The position numbers and the translations under genes were made by a program. Below are positions 44,574 to 52,841 of a stretch of DNA of 64,000 bases, in pieces. Every line of letters starts with the position of its first letter. Within the stretch, counting starts at the first letter, position 1. The stretch covers positions 1 through 64,000 of the forward strand of contig JBDREN010000218.1 of assembly GCA_043819795.1 (NCBI GenBank), read 5' to 3'. Source of the DNA: Elusimicrobiota bacterium. GTDB taxonomy: Bacteria > Elusimicrobiota > Elusimicrobia > UBA1565. Under the pieces are notes generated by a model. That model was not told the DNA's origin and did no database searches. It saw only the letters and a program-made list of their open reading frames with translations.

Positions 44574-45275
44574 ATGCCGATCCGGCCGCCGAAGGGCTTC
44601 ATCGAAGAGAGCGACCCCCGGGTCTGCCAGATCGGGCACCCGGCCCCCCCTTGGCTCATCAACTACGCCGACCTGATGACGGAGATGGTCTGCTTCTTCG
44701 TCATCCTCTACGCGCTCTCCGCGGCCCTCAGCAAGGACGTGCAGAACGCCCGCGAGCAGATACAGAAGATGATGGCCGAGGAGGAGCTGGTCGGCGAGGT
44801 GAAGGTGGACCGCGAAGGGATGAAGATCTCCCTCGAGGAGCAGGGGGAGATGGCGCATTTCAAGAGCGGCTACGCGGAGCTGACCCCCGTCATGCGCAGC
44901 GCCCTCGGCAAGATCGCCCCGACGCTGCGGGACCTGGCGCGCAAGAACCACGAGATCATCATCGAGGGCCATACCGACGACGTCCCGATGCACGACCAGT
45001 ACTACGCGTCGAACTGGGAGCTTTCCACCGCGCGCGCGACGGCGGTCGTGGAGCACATGATCCGGGATAACGGCCTCCCCGCCGGCTGCATGGCGGCCAT
45101 CGGCTACGGGAAGCACCGTCCGATCGCTCCCAACGACACGCTCGCCAACCGGGCGCGCAACCGCCGGGTGGTCTTTTTCGTGAAGAACCCGCCGATGAGC
45201 AAGGGCGAGAGCTGCAGGAATCTCTCCGCGCCGGCGGCCGGTCCGCCGCGGAAGACGCCGGAAGAGGGGAAATGA
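44574..45275 (+). CDS. motB: Stator B subunit, MotB/PomB family with OmpA-like peptidoglycan-binding domain
   Basis: TM WLINYADLMTEMVCFFVILYAL with the conserved Asp; IEGHTDD, SNWELSTARA, GYG..RP, NRRV motifs. Confidence 0.93.
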   Translation: MPIRPPKGFIEESDPRVCQIGHPAPPWLINYADLMTEMVCFFVILYALSAALSKDVQNAREQIQKMMAEEELVGEVKVDREGMKISLEEQGEMAHFKSGYAELTPVMRSALGKIAPTLRDLARKNHEIIIEGHTDDVPMHDQYYASNWELSTARATAVVEHMIRDNGLPAGCMAAIGYGKHRPIAPNDTLANRARNRRVVFFVKNPPMSKGESCRNLSAPAAGPPRKTPEEGK

Positions 45276-45979
45276 AGAACCAGTCACGAGCCGCGTGCGC
45301 CGTCGCGGCGGCCGCGCTGCTCATGAGCGGCTGCGCCATGAAGTTCGGCCGCGGCCAGACGAAGGTGGTCCTCCGGGACTTCGCCGAGGGCCGGGTCGTG
45401 CAGGTGGCCATCACGGACCGCCTCACCGGGACGAAGGAGATGCTCTTCATCTCGATGCCGAAGACGTCTTTGTTCCTCGAAGGGTACATCCAGGGCATCG
45501 TGACCGACTACGAAGACAACCCCATCCAGGGGGTCGTGGTCCGCGCCCTGGCCAAGGGCGAGGCCAAGCTCGTCGCCAAGGGCGAGGCCGCCTTCCAGAC
45601 CTCCTCCTTCGACGCCGGCGTGAGCGACTCGAACGGGATCTACCGCATCCGCTTCAGCCTGCCGGTCGTCAAGGAGCGGGTGGACGTCCGCGGCACGCTC
45701 CGCTACAATCCCGGCTGGGAGCAGGAGCTGCAGAACCTCGGCAAGGCCTACAGGCCGCAGACGGACGAGTCCCCGTTCTGGCTCTTCTTCGACATGAAGG
45801 AGGGGATGCTGGTCTTCGCCGAGGGGGTCCGCAAGGTGGTCGTCCAGCCCGTCGAGACCGGGAAGCGCGCCCCGGGCCGCGCCCTGCCCGGAGCCAAGCC
45901 TCCGGCCCCCACGACGCCCGCGGCGGCGGAGAAGCCCTCCGAGGACCTCTTCGAAGGCTTCGGCTTCGGCAATCCCTGA
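45272..45979 (+). CDS. Putative lipoprotein with beta-sandwich (carboxypeptidase-regulatory-like) domain
   Basis: Lipobox LLMSG|C; YIQGIVTDYEDNPIQGVVV...SDSNGIYRIRF; ATGA overlap with motB. Confidence 0.7.
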   Translation: MKNQSRAACAVAAAALLMSGCAMKFGRGQTKVVLRDFAEGRVVQVAITDRLTGTKEMLFISMPKTSLFLEGYIQGIVTDYEDNPIQGVVVRALAKGEAKLVAKGEAAFQTSSFDAGVSDSNGIYRIRFSLPVVKERVDVRGTLRYNPGWEQELQNLGKAYRPQTDESPFWLFFDMKEGMLVFAEGVRKVVVQPVETGKRAPGRALPGAKPPAPTTPAAAEKPSEDLFEGFGFGNP

Positions 45980-46049
45980 AGCTCCCCGACGGCATCTGCC
46001 GGGCGCGGGGGGATGCCCGCGGCGCAGGCCGCCAACGCCGCACTGAAGG

Positions 46050-46090
46050 GCGCCCGGCTCGGCGCCCCTGCCGGGGTCGACGCCGCGCCG
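46050..46090. repeat. REP-like imperfect palindrome, copy 1 (copy 2 at 50449-50490)
   Basis: Shares the exact 21-mer GCCGGGGTCGACGCCGCGCCG and a similar upstream arm with 50449-50490; both copies are intergenic. Confidence 0.7.
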
Positions 46091-46151
46091 GTCATCGGCC
46101 TCGCGCGAGTCCCCGGAAGAATTGATACAATCGGGTCGTAGTGGAGATGGC

Positions 46152-46613
46152 ATGAGGAGAGCTTTTTGCGTCTTCATCGGGGCGTCGCTGATCGGCTGCG
46201 CCGTCGCGACCCGGGAGGACCGCATCACGCGGGACATGTCCGACGAAGTGGCCCGTTCGGAGCGCGGGGCCTTCGAGAGCCATACCCGCGCGCGTCTGGC
46301 GGCGCTCGAGCGCAGCCTCAACGACTTCATCCGGGCCGAGGGCCGCATCCCGGCGAGTCTCGACGAGCTCGTGCCGCAGTATCTGGCCGAGATCCCGGAG
46401 GTCGAGCTCGGCGTCGCCGGGCATAAGGATACGAGCGCCGTCGTCTATTATGACCAGGATGTGATCAGCGACGGCCAGGTGAACGGGGCGCTGCTGCGGG
46501 ATTCCGGCGGGTGGGGTTACGTGTTCAGCGACAGGCAGGTCGTCGTCTTCATCGACTGCACGCACAAGCGGATGGACGGAGAGTTCTGGTACAAGGCGCG
46601 CGGTGTCTACTAG
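46152..46613 (+). CDS. Putative lipoprotein with pseudopilin/GspG-like head
   Basis: MRRAFCVFIGASLIG|C lipobox; LERSLNDFIRAEGRIPASLDELVPQYLAEIP resembles the pseudopilin 'L..Y....G.YP..L..LV..YL..IP' segment. Confidence 0.6.
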   Translation: MRRAFCVFIGASLIGCAVATREDRITRDMSDEVARSERGAFESHTRARLAALERSLNDFIRAEGRIPASLDELVPQYLAEIPEVELGVAGHKDTSAVVYYDQDVISDGQVNGALLRDSGGWGYVFSDRQVVVFIDCTHKRMDGEFWYKARGVY

Positions 46614-47721
46614 AAGTCATCCCAAGACCTCCCTTCACGTCCTCCTCGTCTGCGGCGGGAAGTCCGCGGAGCGGGAGGTTTCGCTCGCGTCCGCCTCCGC
46701 CATCCTAAGAAACCTGGATCCCCGCAAATACTCGGTCACGGCGGCCGTCATCGGCCCCTCGGGCCGGTGGACGCTGCCGCAGGATCCGCGCCGGGCCGGC
46801 CTCGACTGGGACTACCCGCGAGGGAGGGGGCGCCGGCGGGTGCTCGCGATAGACCCGGCGCGCGGGTTCTCCTTCTCCCTGCGCGGGAGGTCCGGCGGAG
46901 GGCGCGCGCCGGACGTGGTATTCCCCGTCCTGCACGGTCCCAACGGCGAGGACGGGACGATCCAGGGGATGCTGGAGTTCGCGGGGCTCCCGTACGTCGG
47001 ATGCGGGGTGCTGAGTTCCGCTCTGGGGATGGACAAGGAGTATCCCAAGCGCCTCGCGGCCCAGGAGGGAGTCGACGTCCTGCCCTACGCGGTGCTGCCT
47101 TCTCCCCGGGCCCTGCGGGAGCGCCGCGGGTGGGCCCGGCGGGTCTCTCGCCTGGGACTGCCGCTGTTCGTCAAGCCCGCGCGCCTGGGCTCGTCGGTCG
47201 GCATCAGCAAGGTCTGCCGCCGCTCGGGCCTGGACGAGGCGCTGCGCCTGGCCTTCCGCTTCGACACCAAGGTGATCGTCGAGGCCGGGATCGACGCGCG
47301 GGAGATCGAGGTGGCCGTGCTGGGCGACACGGTCCGCGCCGAGGCCTCCGGGTGCGGGGAGATCCGCCCCCGGGCGGGCTTCTATGACTATGAGGCCAAG
47401 TACGTCGATCCCGACGGAGCGGAGCTCCTCATCCCCGCCCCCCTGGACCGGCGGACAGCGCGGAAGGCGCGCGCGTGGGCCGTCCGCATGTTCCAGGCCG
47501 TGGACGGATACGGCATGGCGCGCGTCGACTTCCTCGTGGACAAGCGCAGCGGGCGGCTGTACTTCAACGAGGTGAACACCATCCCGGGCTTCACGACGAT
47601 CAGCCTGTTCCCGCGCCTGTGGGGAGCCGCCGGCCTTCCCTTCGGGAAGCTTCTGGACCGCCTCATCGCCCTTGCGCTCGAGCGCCAAAAGGCGCGCTCC
47701 CGCGTGAGGACCCGCCTCTGA
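46603..47721 (+). CDS. ddl: D-alanine--D-alanine ligase
   Basis: GGKSAEREVS, FPVLHGPNGEDGTIQG, KPARLGSSVGI, FYDYEAKY, NEVNTIPGFT. Confidence 0.96.
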   Translation: MSTRSHPKTSLHVLLVCGGKSAEREVSLASASAILRNLDPRKYSVTAAVIGPSGRWTLPQDPRRAGLDWDYPRGRGRRRVLAIDPARGFSFSLRGRSGGGRAPDVVFPVLHGPNGEDGTIQGMLEFAGLPYVGCGVLSSALGMDKEYPKRLAAQEGVDVLPYAVLPSPRALRERRGWARRVSRLGLPLFVKPARLGSSVGISKVCRRSGLDEALRLAFRFDTKVIVEAGIDAREIEVAVLGDTVRAEASGCGEIRPRAGFYDYEAKYVDPDGAELLIPAPLDRRTARKARAWAVRMFQAVDGYGMARVDFLVDKRSGRLYFNEVNTIPGFTTISLFPRLWGAAGLPFGKLLDRLIALALERQKARSRVRTRL

Positions 47722-49970
47722 TGGGACGCGGACGCTTCTATCTGCTCGCGGCCGTGATCCTCGGAAGCGTCCTCTTCGCGGGCTGGGGCACGCGCGGGTT
47801 CCTCACGGGCCTTCCCTCCTACGACCGTTTCGAGGAGTACCAGCCCTCTCTGAGCACTCGCGTCTACGACGTCCGCGGGGAGGTGATCGCCGAGCTCTCC
47901 ATCGAGAAGCGGGCGCTCCTGACCCTCGCGCACATCCCCGTGGACCTGCAGAACGCCGTCCTCGCGATCGAGGACTCCCGGTTCTTCGACCACTGGGGCG
48001 TGTCCGTGCGGGGCATGATGCGGGCGGCGGCGCGCAACTTCCTGGCCGGACGGGTCGTGCAGGGGGGCTCGACGCTGACGCAGCAGCTGGCGAAGCTCAT
48101 CTTCCTCACCCCGGAGCGGAAGATCGTCCGCAAGGTCAAGGAGGCCCTGCTGGCGGTCCAGATGGAGCGCAACCTGAGCAAGGAGGAGATCTTCCAGTTC
48201 TACCTGAACCAGATCTACTTCGGGCACGGGGCCTACGGCGTCCTCTCCGCTTCCCACATCTACTTCGGCAAGGACGTCAAGGAACTGACGCTGTCCGAGT
48301 GCGCGCTGTTGGCCGGGCTCATCAAATACCCGGGGGGCTATTCGCCGTTCAAGCACCCGAAGCGGGCCGAAGCCCGGCGCGAACTGGTCCTGCGGCGCAT
48401 GCTGCGGGAGGGGTTCATCGAGCGCGAGGAGATGCTGGCGGCGCTCAAGGATCCGATCCCCGCCGAGCGTCCGACCATGACGGGCATCCAGGCGCCGTAT
48501 TTCGTCGAGGACGTGCGGCGGCAGCTGGAGCCGAAGTTCGGGTACAATGCGCTCTGGCGCGGCGGCCTGAAGATCCATACGACCCTCGACATGGACATCC
48601 AGCGGGTCGCCGAGGAGGAGATGGAGGCGGCCCTCGGCGAGTTCGACGAGCGGGCCTACAAGGAATGGGAGCGGCAGCTCACCGAGGACCTGGAGGCGGG
48701 CATCGAGCCGCCCTCGGTCTCCACGATGCCGCCGGCCAACGTCCAGGGGGTCTTCCTGGTCCTCGACGTGAAGTCCGGCGCGGTCCGGGCCATGATCGGC
48801 GGCCGGGGCGATCAGTTCAACCGGGCCGTGCAGGCCCAGCGGCAGCCGGGCTCGACCTTCAAGCCGTTCGTATGGGGGGCCGCCCTGAACTCGGGGCTGA
48901 CGGGGATGTCGCTGGTGGAGGACGCGCCGCTCGCCTACTATTACGACGGGCGGGACTGGCGCCTGCTCGAGGGCGCCACGGACCAGTACGCGATCAATCT
49001 GGCCACGGCGGTCTTCGTCGGCTCGACCGACTTCAGGGTCTGGGTGCCGAACAACTTCGACGGCAAGTTCCTCGGCGTCATCACCCTGCGCAAGGGCCTG
49101 GCGCTCTCGCGCAACGTGGCCTCGGTGCGGCTCATCGAGCACATAGGCCCGCCGCTGGTCGTGGAGCTGGCCCACAAGGCGGGCATCCGCTCGCGGCTGG
49201 CGCCTGTGCTGTCCTTGGGGCTCGGGTCCTCCGTGGTGAGCCCGCTCGAGCTGGGCAACGCCTTCCAGACCTTCGCCAACGGCGGCATCCACGTGCGTCC
49301 CCATTCCGTGGTCCTCGTGAAGGACGCGCGGGGGCGGATCCTCGAGCGGCACGTCCCGCGCGAGGAGGAGGCGCTCTCGCCCCAGACGGCATACCTCATC
49401 ACCCACCTCCTGAAGGTGGTCGTCGAGCAGGGGACGGGACGGCGGGCCCGCGAGCTCAAGCGCCCGCTCGCCGGAAAGACCGGCACGACGAACGACAACC
49501 GCGACCTCTGGTTCGTGGGATTCACCCCGGACCTGCTGGCCGTCGCCTGGATGGGCCGCGACGACGACACCACTCTGGGGCGAAAGCTTTCGAGCGGCTC
49601 GATGCTCGTGCCCTGGTGGACCAAGATCATGAAGCGCGTCCTCAAGGACTATCCGCCGCGCGACTTCCCCGTTCCCGACGATATCGTATTCATGAAGGTG
49701 GACGCTGAGACGGGGTTCTTGGCCCTGCCGACCTGCCCGCGGCAGGCTCTTCAGGCCTTCCTGAAGGGAACCGAGCCCGACCGCTACTGTCCCTACGACC
49801 ATACCGAGCCCCTGGAGCTGCAGGCCGACTTCTCGGTGTCCGGAGACATGGAGGGCGCGTTCGTGGATCTGGACGAGGAGCCGAGGCCGTCGCGGCGCTC
49901 CGAGGGCCAGGACCTGCCCAGCTTGCCGAGCGACCAGGAGCTCGAGGCCCTCTCGGAGACCGACTTCTGA
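47721..49970 (+). CDS. Class A penicillin-binding protein (PBP1A family)
   Basis: TM anchor, EDSRFFDHWG, GGSTLTQQLAK, RKVKE, QPGSTFKP (SxxK), SRN (SxN), GKTGTT. ATG overlaps the ddl TGA. Confidence 0.95.
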   Translation: MGRGRFYLLAAVILGSVLFAGWGTRGFLTGLPSYDRFEEYQPSLSTRVYDVRGEVIAELSIEKRALLTLAHIPVDLQNAVLAIEDSRFFDHWGVSVRGMMRAAARNFLAGRVVQGGSTLTQQLAKLIFLTPERKIVRKVKEALLAVQMERNLSKEEIFQFYLNQIYFGHGAYGVLSASHIYFGKDVKELTLSECALLAGLIKYPGGYSPFKHPKRAEARRELVLRRMLREGFIEREEMLAALKDPIPAERPTMTGIQAPYFVEDVRRQLEPKFGYNALWRGGLKIHTTLDMDIQRVAEEEMEAALGEFDERAYKEWERQLTEDLEAGIEPPSVSTMPPANVQGVFLVLDVKSGAVRAMIGGRGDQFNRAVQAQRQPGSTFKPFVWGAALNSGLTGMSLVEDAPLAYYYDGRDWRLLEGATDQYAINLATAVFVGSTDFRVWVPNNFDGKFLGVITLRKGLALSRNVASVRLIEHIGPPLVVELAHKAGIRSRLAPVLSLGLGSSVVSPLELGNAFQTFANGGIHVRPHSVVLVKDARGRILERHVPREEEALSPQTAYLITHLLKVVVEQGTGRRARELKRPLAGKTGTTNDNRDLWFVGFTPDLLAVAWMGRDDDTTLGRKLSSGSMLVPWWTKIMKRVLKDYPPRDFPVPDDIVFMKVDAETGFLALPTCPRQALQAFLKGTEPDRYCPYDHTEPLELQADFSVSGDMEGAFVDLDEEPRPSRRSEGQDLPSLPSDQELEALSETDF

Positions 49971-50023
49971 TCCGCGTCCCTCCCCTACGTGGAGGGATCG
50001 CGCGTTGTTGTGTGCCCAGTTCT

Positions 50024-50057
50024 CCCTCTCCCCGCGGGAGAGGGTCGGGGTGAGGGG
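50024..50057. repeat. REP-like palindromic element (CCCTCTCCC...GGGAGAGGG-TCGGGGTGAGGGG type)
   Basis: Hairpin CCCTCTCCC CGC GGGAGAGGG followed by GGGGTGAGGGG; intergenic. Confidence 0.6.
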
Positions 50058-50099
50058 TCCCGGCCGCTATATCTTGCCGTCGCCCTCGCCGGAGCTTCC

Positions 50100-50128
50100 T
50101 TGACCAGCCATGTCTGAATAAATAGATT
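50100..50128 (+). promoter_or_regulatory. Possible sigma70 promoter for the 50161 gene
   Basis: TTGACC, 17-bp spacer, TAGATT; RBS AGGAGG at ~50146-50151. Confidence 0.5.
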
Positions 50129-50160
50129 GTCAATAGGAAACAGTTCAGGAGGGCGAGCGC

Positions 50161-50421
50161 ATGGGAGAAATGGAAGAGAAGGAGATCGGCGTGATCACCC
50201 ATTATTTCGGCAACGTCTCCGTGGGGATCATCGAGTTGAGCGACGACTTGAAGGTGGGGGACTCCATCCACATCAAGGGCGCTCACGACGATCTCACTCA
50301 GACGGTGGACTCGATGGAGATCGACCACGTGGAGGTCCGGGAGGGCAAGAAGGGGCAGATCGTGGGCGTCAAGGTGGCGGGCAAGGTCCATCCCCACGAC
50401 AAGGTCCACAAAACGGCGTGA
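50161..50421 (+). CDS. Small translation-elongation-factor-like beta-barrel protein (EF-Tu domain II / U32 peptidase C-terminal-like)
   Basis: IGVITHYFGNVSVGIIELSDDLKVGDSIHIKG...QTVDSMEIDH...GQIVGVKV...DKV; strong RBS. Confidence 0.8.
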   Translation: MGEMEEKEIGVITHYFGNVSVGIIELSDDLKVGDSIHIKGAHDDLTQTVDSMEIDHVEVREGKKGQIVGVKVAGKVHPHDKVHKTA

Positions 50422-50448
50422 GGCGGCGGTAGACGCATCCGGAGACGC

Positions 50449-50490
50449 GCGCCCGGCACGGCGCACCCCGCCGGGGTCGACGCCGCGCCG
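50449..50490. repeat. REP-like imperfect palindrome, copy 2
   Basis: Near-identical to 46050-46090. Confidence 0.7.
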
Positions 50491-50528
50491 CCCGGTCCGG
50501 AGCCGCGAGCGAGGAGAGCGCGTACCGA

Positions 50529-50552
50529 GAGGAATCCCTTCGGGGATTCCTC
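50529..50552. terminator. Stable hairpin between convergent genes (possible terminator)
   Basis: GAGGAATCCC-TTCG-GGGATTCCTC, a perfect 10-bp stem with a UUCG loop; no clear U-tract. Confidence 0.5.
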
Positions 50553-50586
50553 GTCGTGTATTCCGGCGTCGCGGAAAGGGGCCGTC

Positions 50587-51648
50587 TCAGACGTATACGC
50601 GGGGGAGGCGCGCGCTCGCGGCCGTGCGGCGGACCGGCAGGGAGACCACGTCTCCGAGGCGGACCTTCGGCACGCCGCTGACGTCGACGAGGACGTGCGA
50701 GATGCCGCAGCGGCCGACGAACGGGACGCGCCGGTCGCGCAGCCAGCCCCAATAGTGGAAGGCGCGGCCGAATCCGATGAAGCGCTCGGCGGGCTCCATG
50801 GTGAGCCCGTCCGCGTAGCCGACGGGCAGGGCCGCCACCGTCATGCGCCGCGGAGCCAGGTACTCGCTGGCGTAGCCGATCGAGCGCCCCTTGCCGACCT
50901 CCTTCAGGGAGGTGATGCGGGCGTTGAGCCGCCAGGGCTTCGTGAGCCCGGCTTCCTTGCCCGTGGGGTTGATCCCGTAGACCAGGTTGCCGATCCGGAC
51001 CATGTCCATCTGCCAGTGGGGGAAGTCCATGAGGATGGACGTGTTCGCGCAGTGGCGGACGAGGTCCGGGTGCGTCTTGCGCGCTCTCGCGGCGATGCGG
51101 TTGAAGCGGCGAAGCTTCTCCTCCGCCTCCACGGCGTTTTTGCCGGGCACGTAGTCCAGATGCGTCGAGAGCCCTACGGCGCGCAGGCCCTTGAGGCGGG
51201 CGATCCGTCCGAGAAAGTCGGGAAGATCCTTCTGCGGCATGCCCCATCGCCCGAGGCCGAAATCGAGGTCGACATGGACCGGGACCGGACGCCTCGCCGC
51301 CTTCCCGAGCGCCCGGGCCAGCTCCCAGGAGTCCACCGTCGGCTCCACTCGGGCACGCGCGACGGCGGCGGCCTCCTCCGCGAGCGGCGGGCTCAGGACG
51401 ACGATGCGCGACCTGATGCCGCGTTCGCGCAGCTCCAGCGCCTCCTGGAGCGTCAGCACGCCCAGGCAGTCCGCTCCCTCGGCCTCGGCCAAGCGGGAGA
51501 CGCGCTCGGCGCCGTGCCCGTAGGCGTCCGCCTTGACGACGGCCATGAAGCGCACGCCGGGGGCCAGACGCTTGCGGATCCAGCGCAGGTTGGCCGCGAT
51601 CGCGCCGAGGTCGATCTCGATCCATTTTAGATGGTAGGAGTCGGTCAT
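50587..51648 (-). CDS. alr: Alanine racemase family PLP enzyme (divergent)
   Basis: WIEIDLGAIAAN, AVVKADAYGHG (PLP Lys), DMVRIG, SIGYA (catalytic Tyr), PVGYADG. Confidence 0.88.
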   Translation of the reverse strand: MTDSYHLKWIEIDLGAIAANLRWIRKRLAPGVRFMAVVKADAYGHGAERVSRLAEAEGADCLGVLTLQEALELRERGIRSRIVVLSPPLAEEAAAVARARVEPTVDSWELARALGKAARRPVPVHVDLDFGLGRWGMPQKDLPDFLGRIARLKGLRAVGLSTHLDYVPGKNAVEAEEKLRRFNRIAARARKTHPDLVRHCANTSILMDFPHWQMDMVRIGNLVYGINPTGKEAGLTKPWRLNARITSLKEVGKGRSIGYASEYLAPRRMTVAALPVGYADGLTMEPAERFIGFGRAFHYWGWLRDRRVPFVGRCGISHVLVDVSGVPKVRLGDVVSLPVRRTAASARLPRVYV

Positions 51649-51740
51649 AGCGCCCGAATTATATAGCAAATTTGCTAAAATATACCCAATCGCGGTCCTC
51701 ACGCCTCGCCCAGGTACCGGCCGGCGGACCGCGGACCAAC

Positions 51741-52841
51741 GTGTCCCTACTGCTTGTCGGCGTCAATCATAGGTCCTGTCCGGTGGAGGTGCGGGAGCGG
51801 CTCGCATCCCTCGGAGCTCCGGCCGCGCGCGAATCTCTCGCCGCCGAGGGCTGGACGGAGACGATCGTCGTCGCCACCTGCAACCGCTTCGAGGTCTACG
51901 TCGCGGGCACGGGGCCTTCCGACGGCTCGTCTCTCGAAGCGCTGGCCGCTTCTCTCGACCGCTTCGCCGGCCTCCCCGTTTCCCGGCACGCCTACCGCCT
52001 GTCCGGGGCCGATGCCGCCGGCCATCTCTTCGAGGTGGCCGCCGGGCTGGATTCGCTGGTGCTCGGAGAGGGCGAGATCCTCGGCCAGGTGAAGCAGGCC
52101 TACGAAGCGGCCCGCGAGGCTGAGACGACCGCCAAGCTGACGAACGTGCTTTTCCAGCGTTCCCTGTTCGTGGGGAAGGCCGTGCGCAACCTGACGCAGA
52201 TCAGCATGGGGCAGCTGTCGGTGGCCGCGGTGGCCGTCGAGCTCGCCAAGCGTATCTTCGGCGGTCTCCGAGAGAGCGGGGTCATGATCCTCGGCGCCGG
52301 CGAGACGGCCGAGAAGACGGCGCGCCATCTCATCAGCGCCAAGGTGGCGCGGCTCCACATCGCCAACCGGACCTGGGAGAGGGCGCAGGCGCTCGCCGCG
52401 TCCCTGCGCGCCGACCCCGTCCGGTGGCAGACGTTCCACAGGCTGCTGGGGCGCGTCGACATCGTCGTGGCCTCGACCGGCGCGCCGGAGCCCGTCCTGA
52501 CGCGGGAGATGGTGGAAGCCGCGGCGGCGCAGCGCCGGGGACGCTCCCTCTTCATCATCGACATCGCCATGCCGCGCGACGTCCAGGAGACGGTGGGCGA
52601 CCTGGACGGGGTCTACCTGTACCGTCTGGAGGACCTCCAGGCCATCGGGGACGAGAACGCCGCGCGGCGTCAGGAGGCGATCAGCGCCGCGCGCGGGATC
52701 GTGCGCCGGGCGGCGCTGGACTTCGGGGCCTGGATGGAGTCCCTGCGCTCCGGACCCGAGATCAGCCTGCGGCATCACCCCTTGCGGAGCGGGAGCCCTG
52801 TGCCCGCGGGCTCTCAAAGCATTTCCCGATCCTCTTCATGA
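51741..52841 (+). CDS. hemA: Glutamyl-tRNA reductase
   Basis: VGVNH..CPVEVRE, TCNRFEVY, GLDSLVLGEGEILGQVK, ILGAGE, IANRT, DIAMPRD. Start inferred at GTG 51741. Confidence 0.93.
   Translation: MSLLLVGVNHRSCPVEVRERLASLGAPAARESLAAEGWTETIVVATCNRFEVYVAGTGPSDGSSLEALAASLDRFAGLPVSRHAYRLSGADAAGHLFEVAAGLDSLVLGEGEILGQVKQAYEAAREAETTAKLTNVLFQRSLFVGKAVRNLTQISMGQLSVAAVAVELAKRIFGGLRESGVMILGAGETAEKTARHLISAKVARLHIANRTWERAQALAASLRADPVRWQTFHRLLGRVDIVVASTGAPEPVLTREMVEAAAAQRRGRSLFIIDIAMPRDVQETVGDLDGVYLYRLEDLQAIGDENAARRQEAISAARGIVRRAALDFGAWMESLRSGPEISLRHHPLRSGSPVPAGSQSISRSSS

Noticed and set aside
38988..45275. Ordinary flagellar operon
   Set aside because: No flgE/D, fliL, fliM/N, fliE/H/I or export genes flank it, and the FliG-like gene is a signal-peptide/TM/TPR fusion. 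Flagellar genes elsewhere in the genome cannot be excluded.
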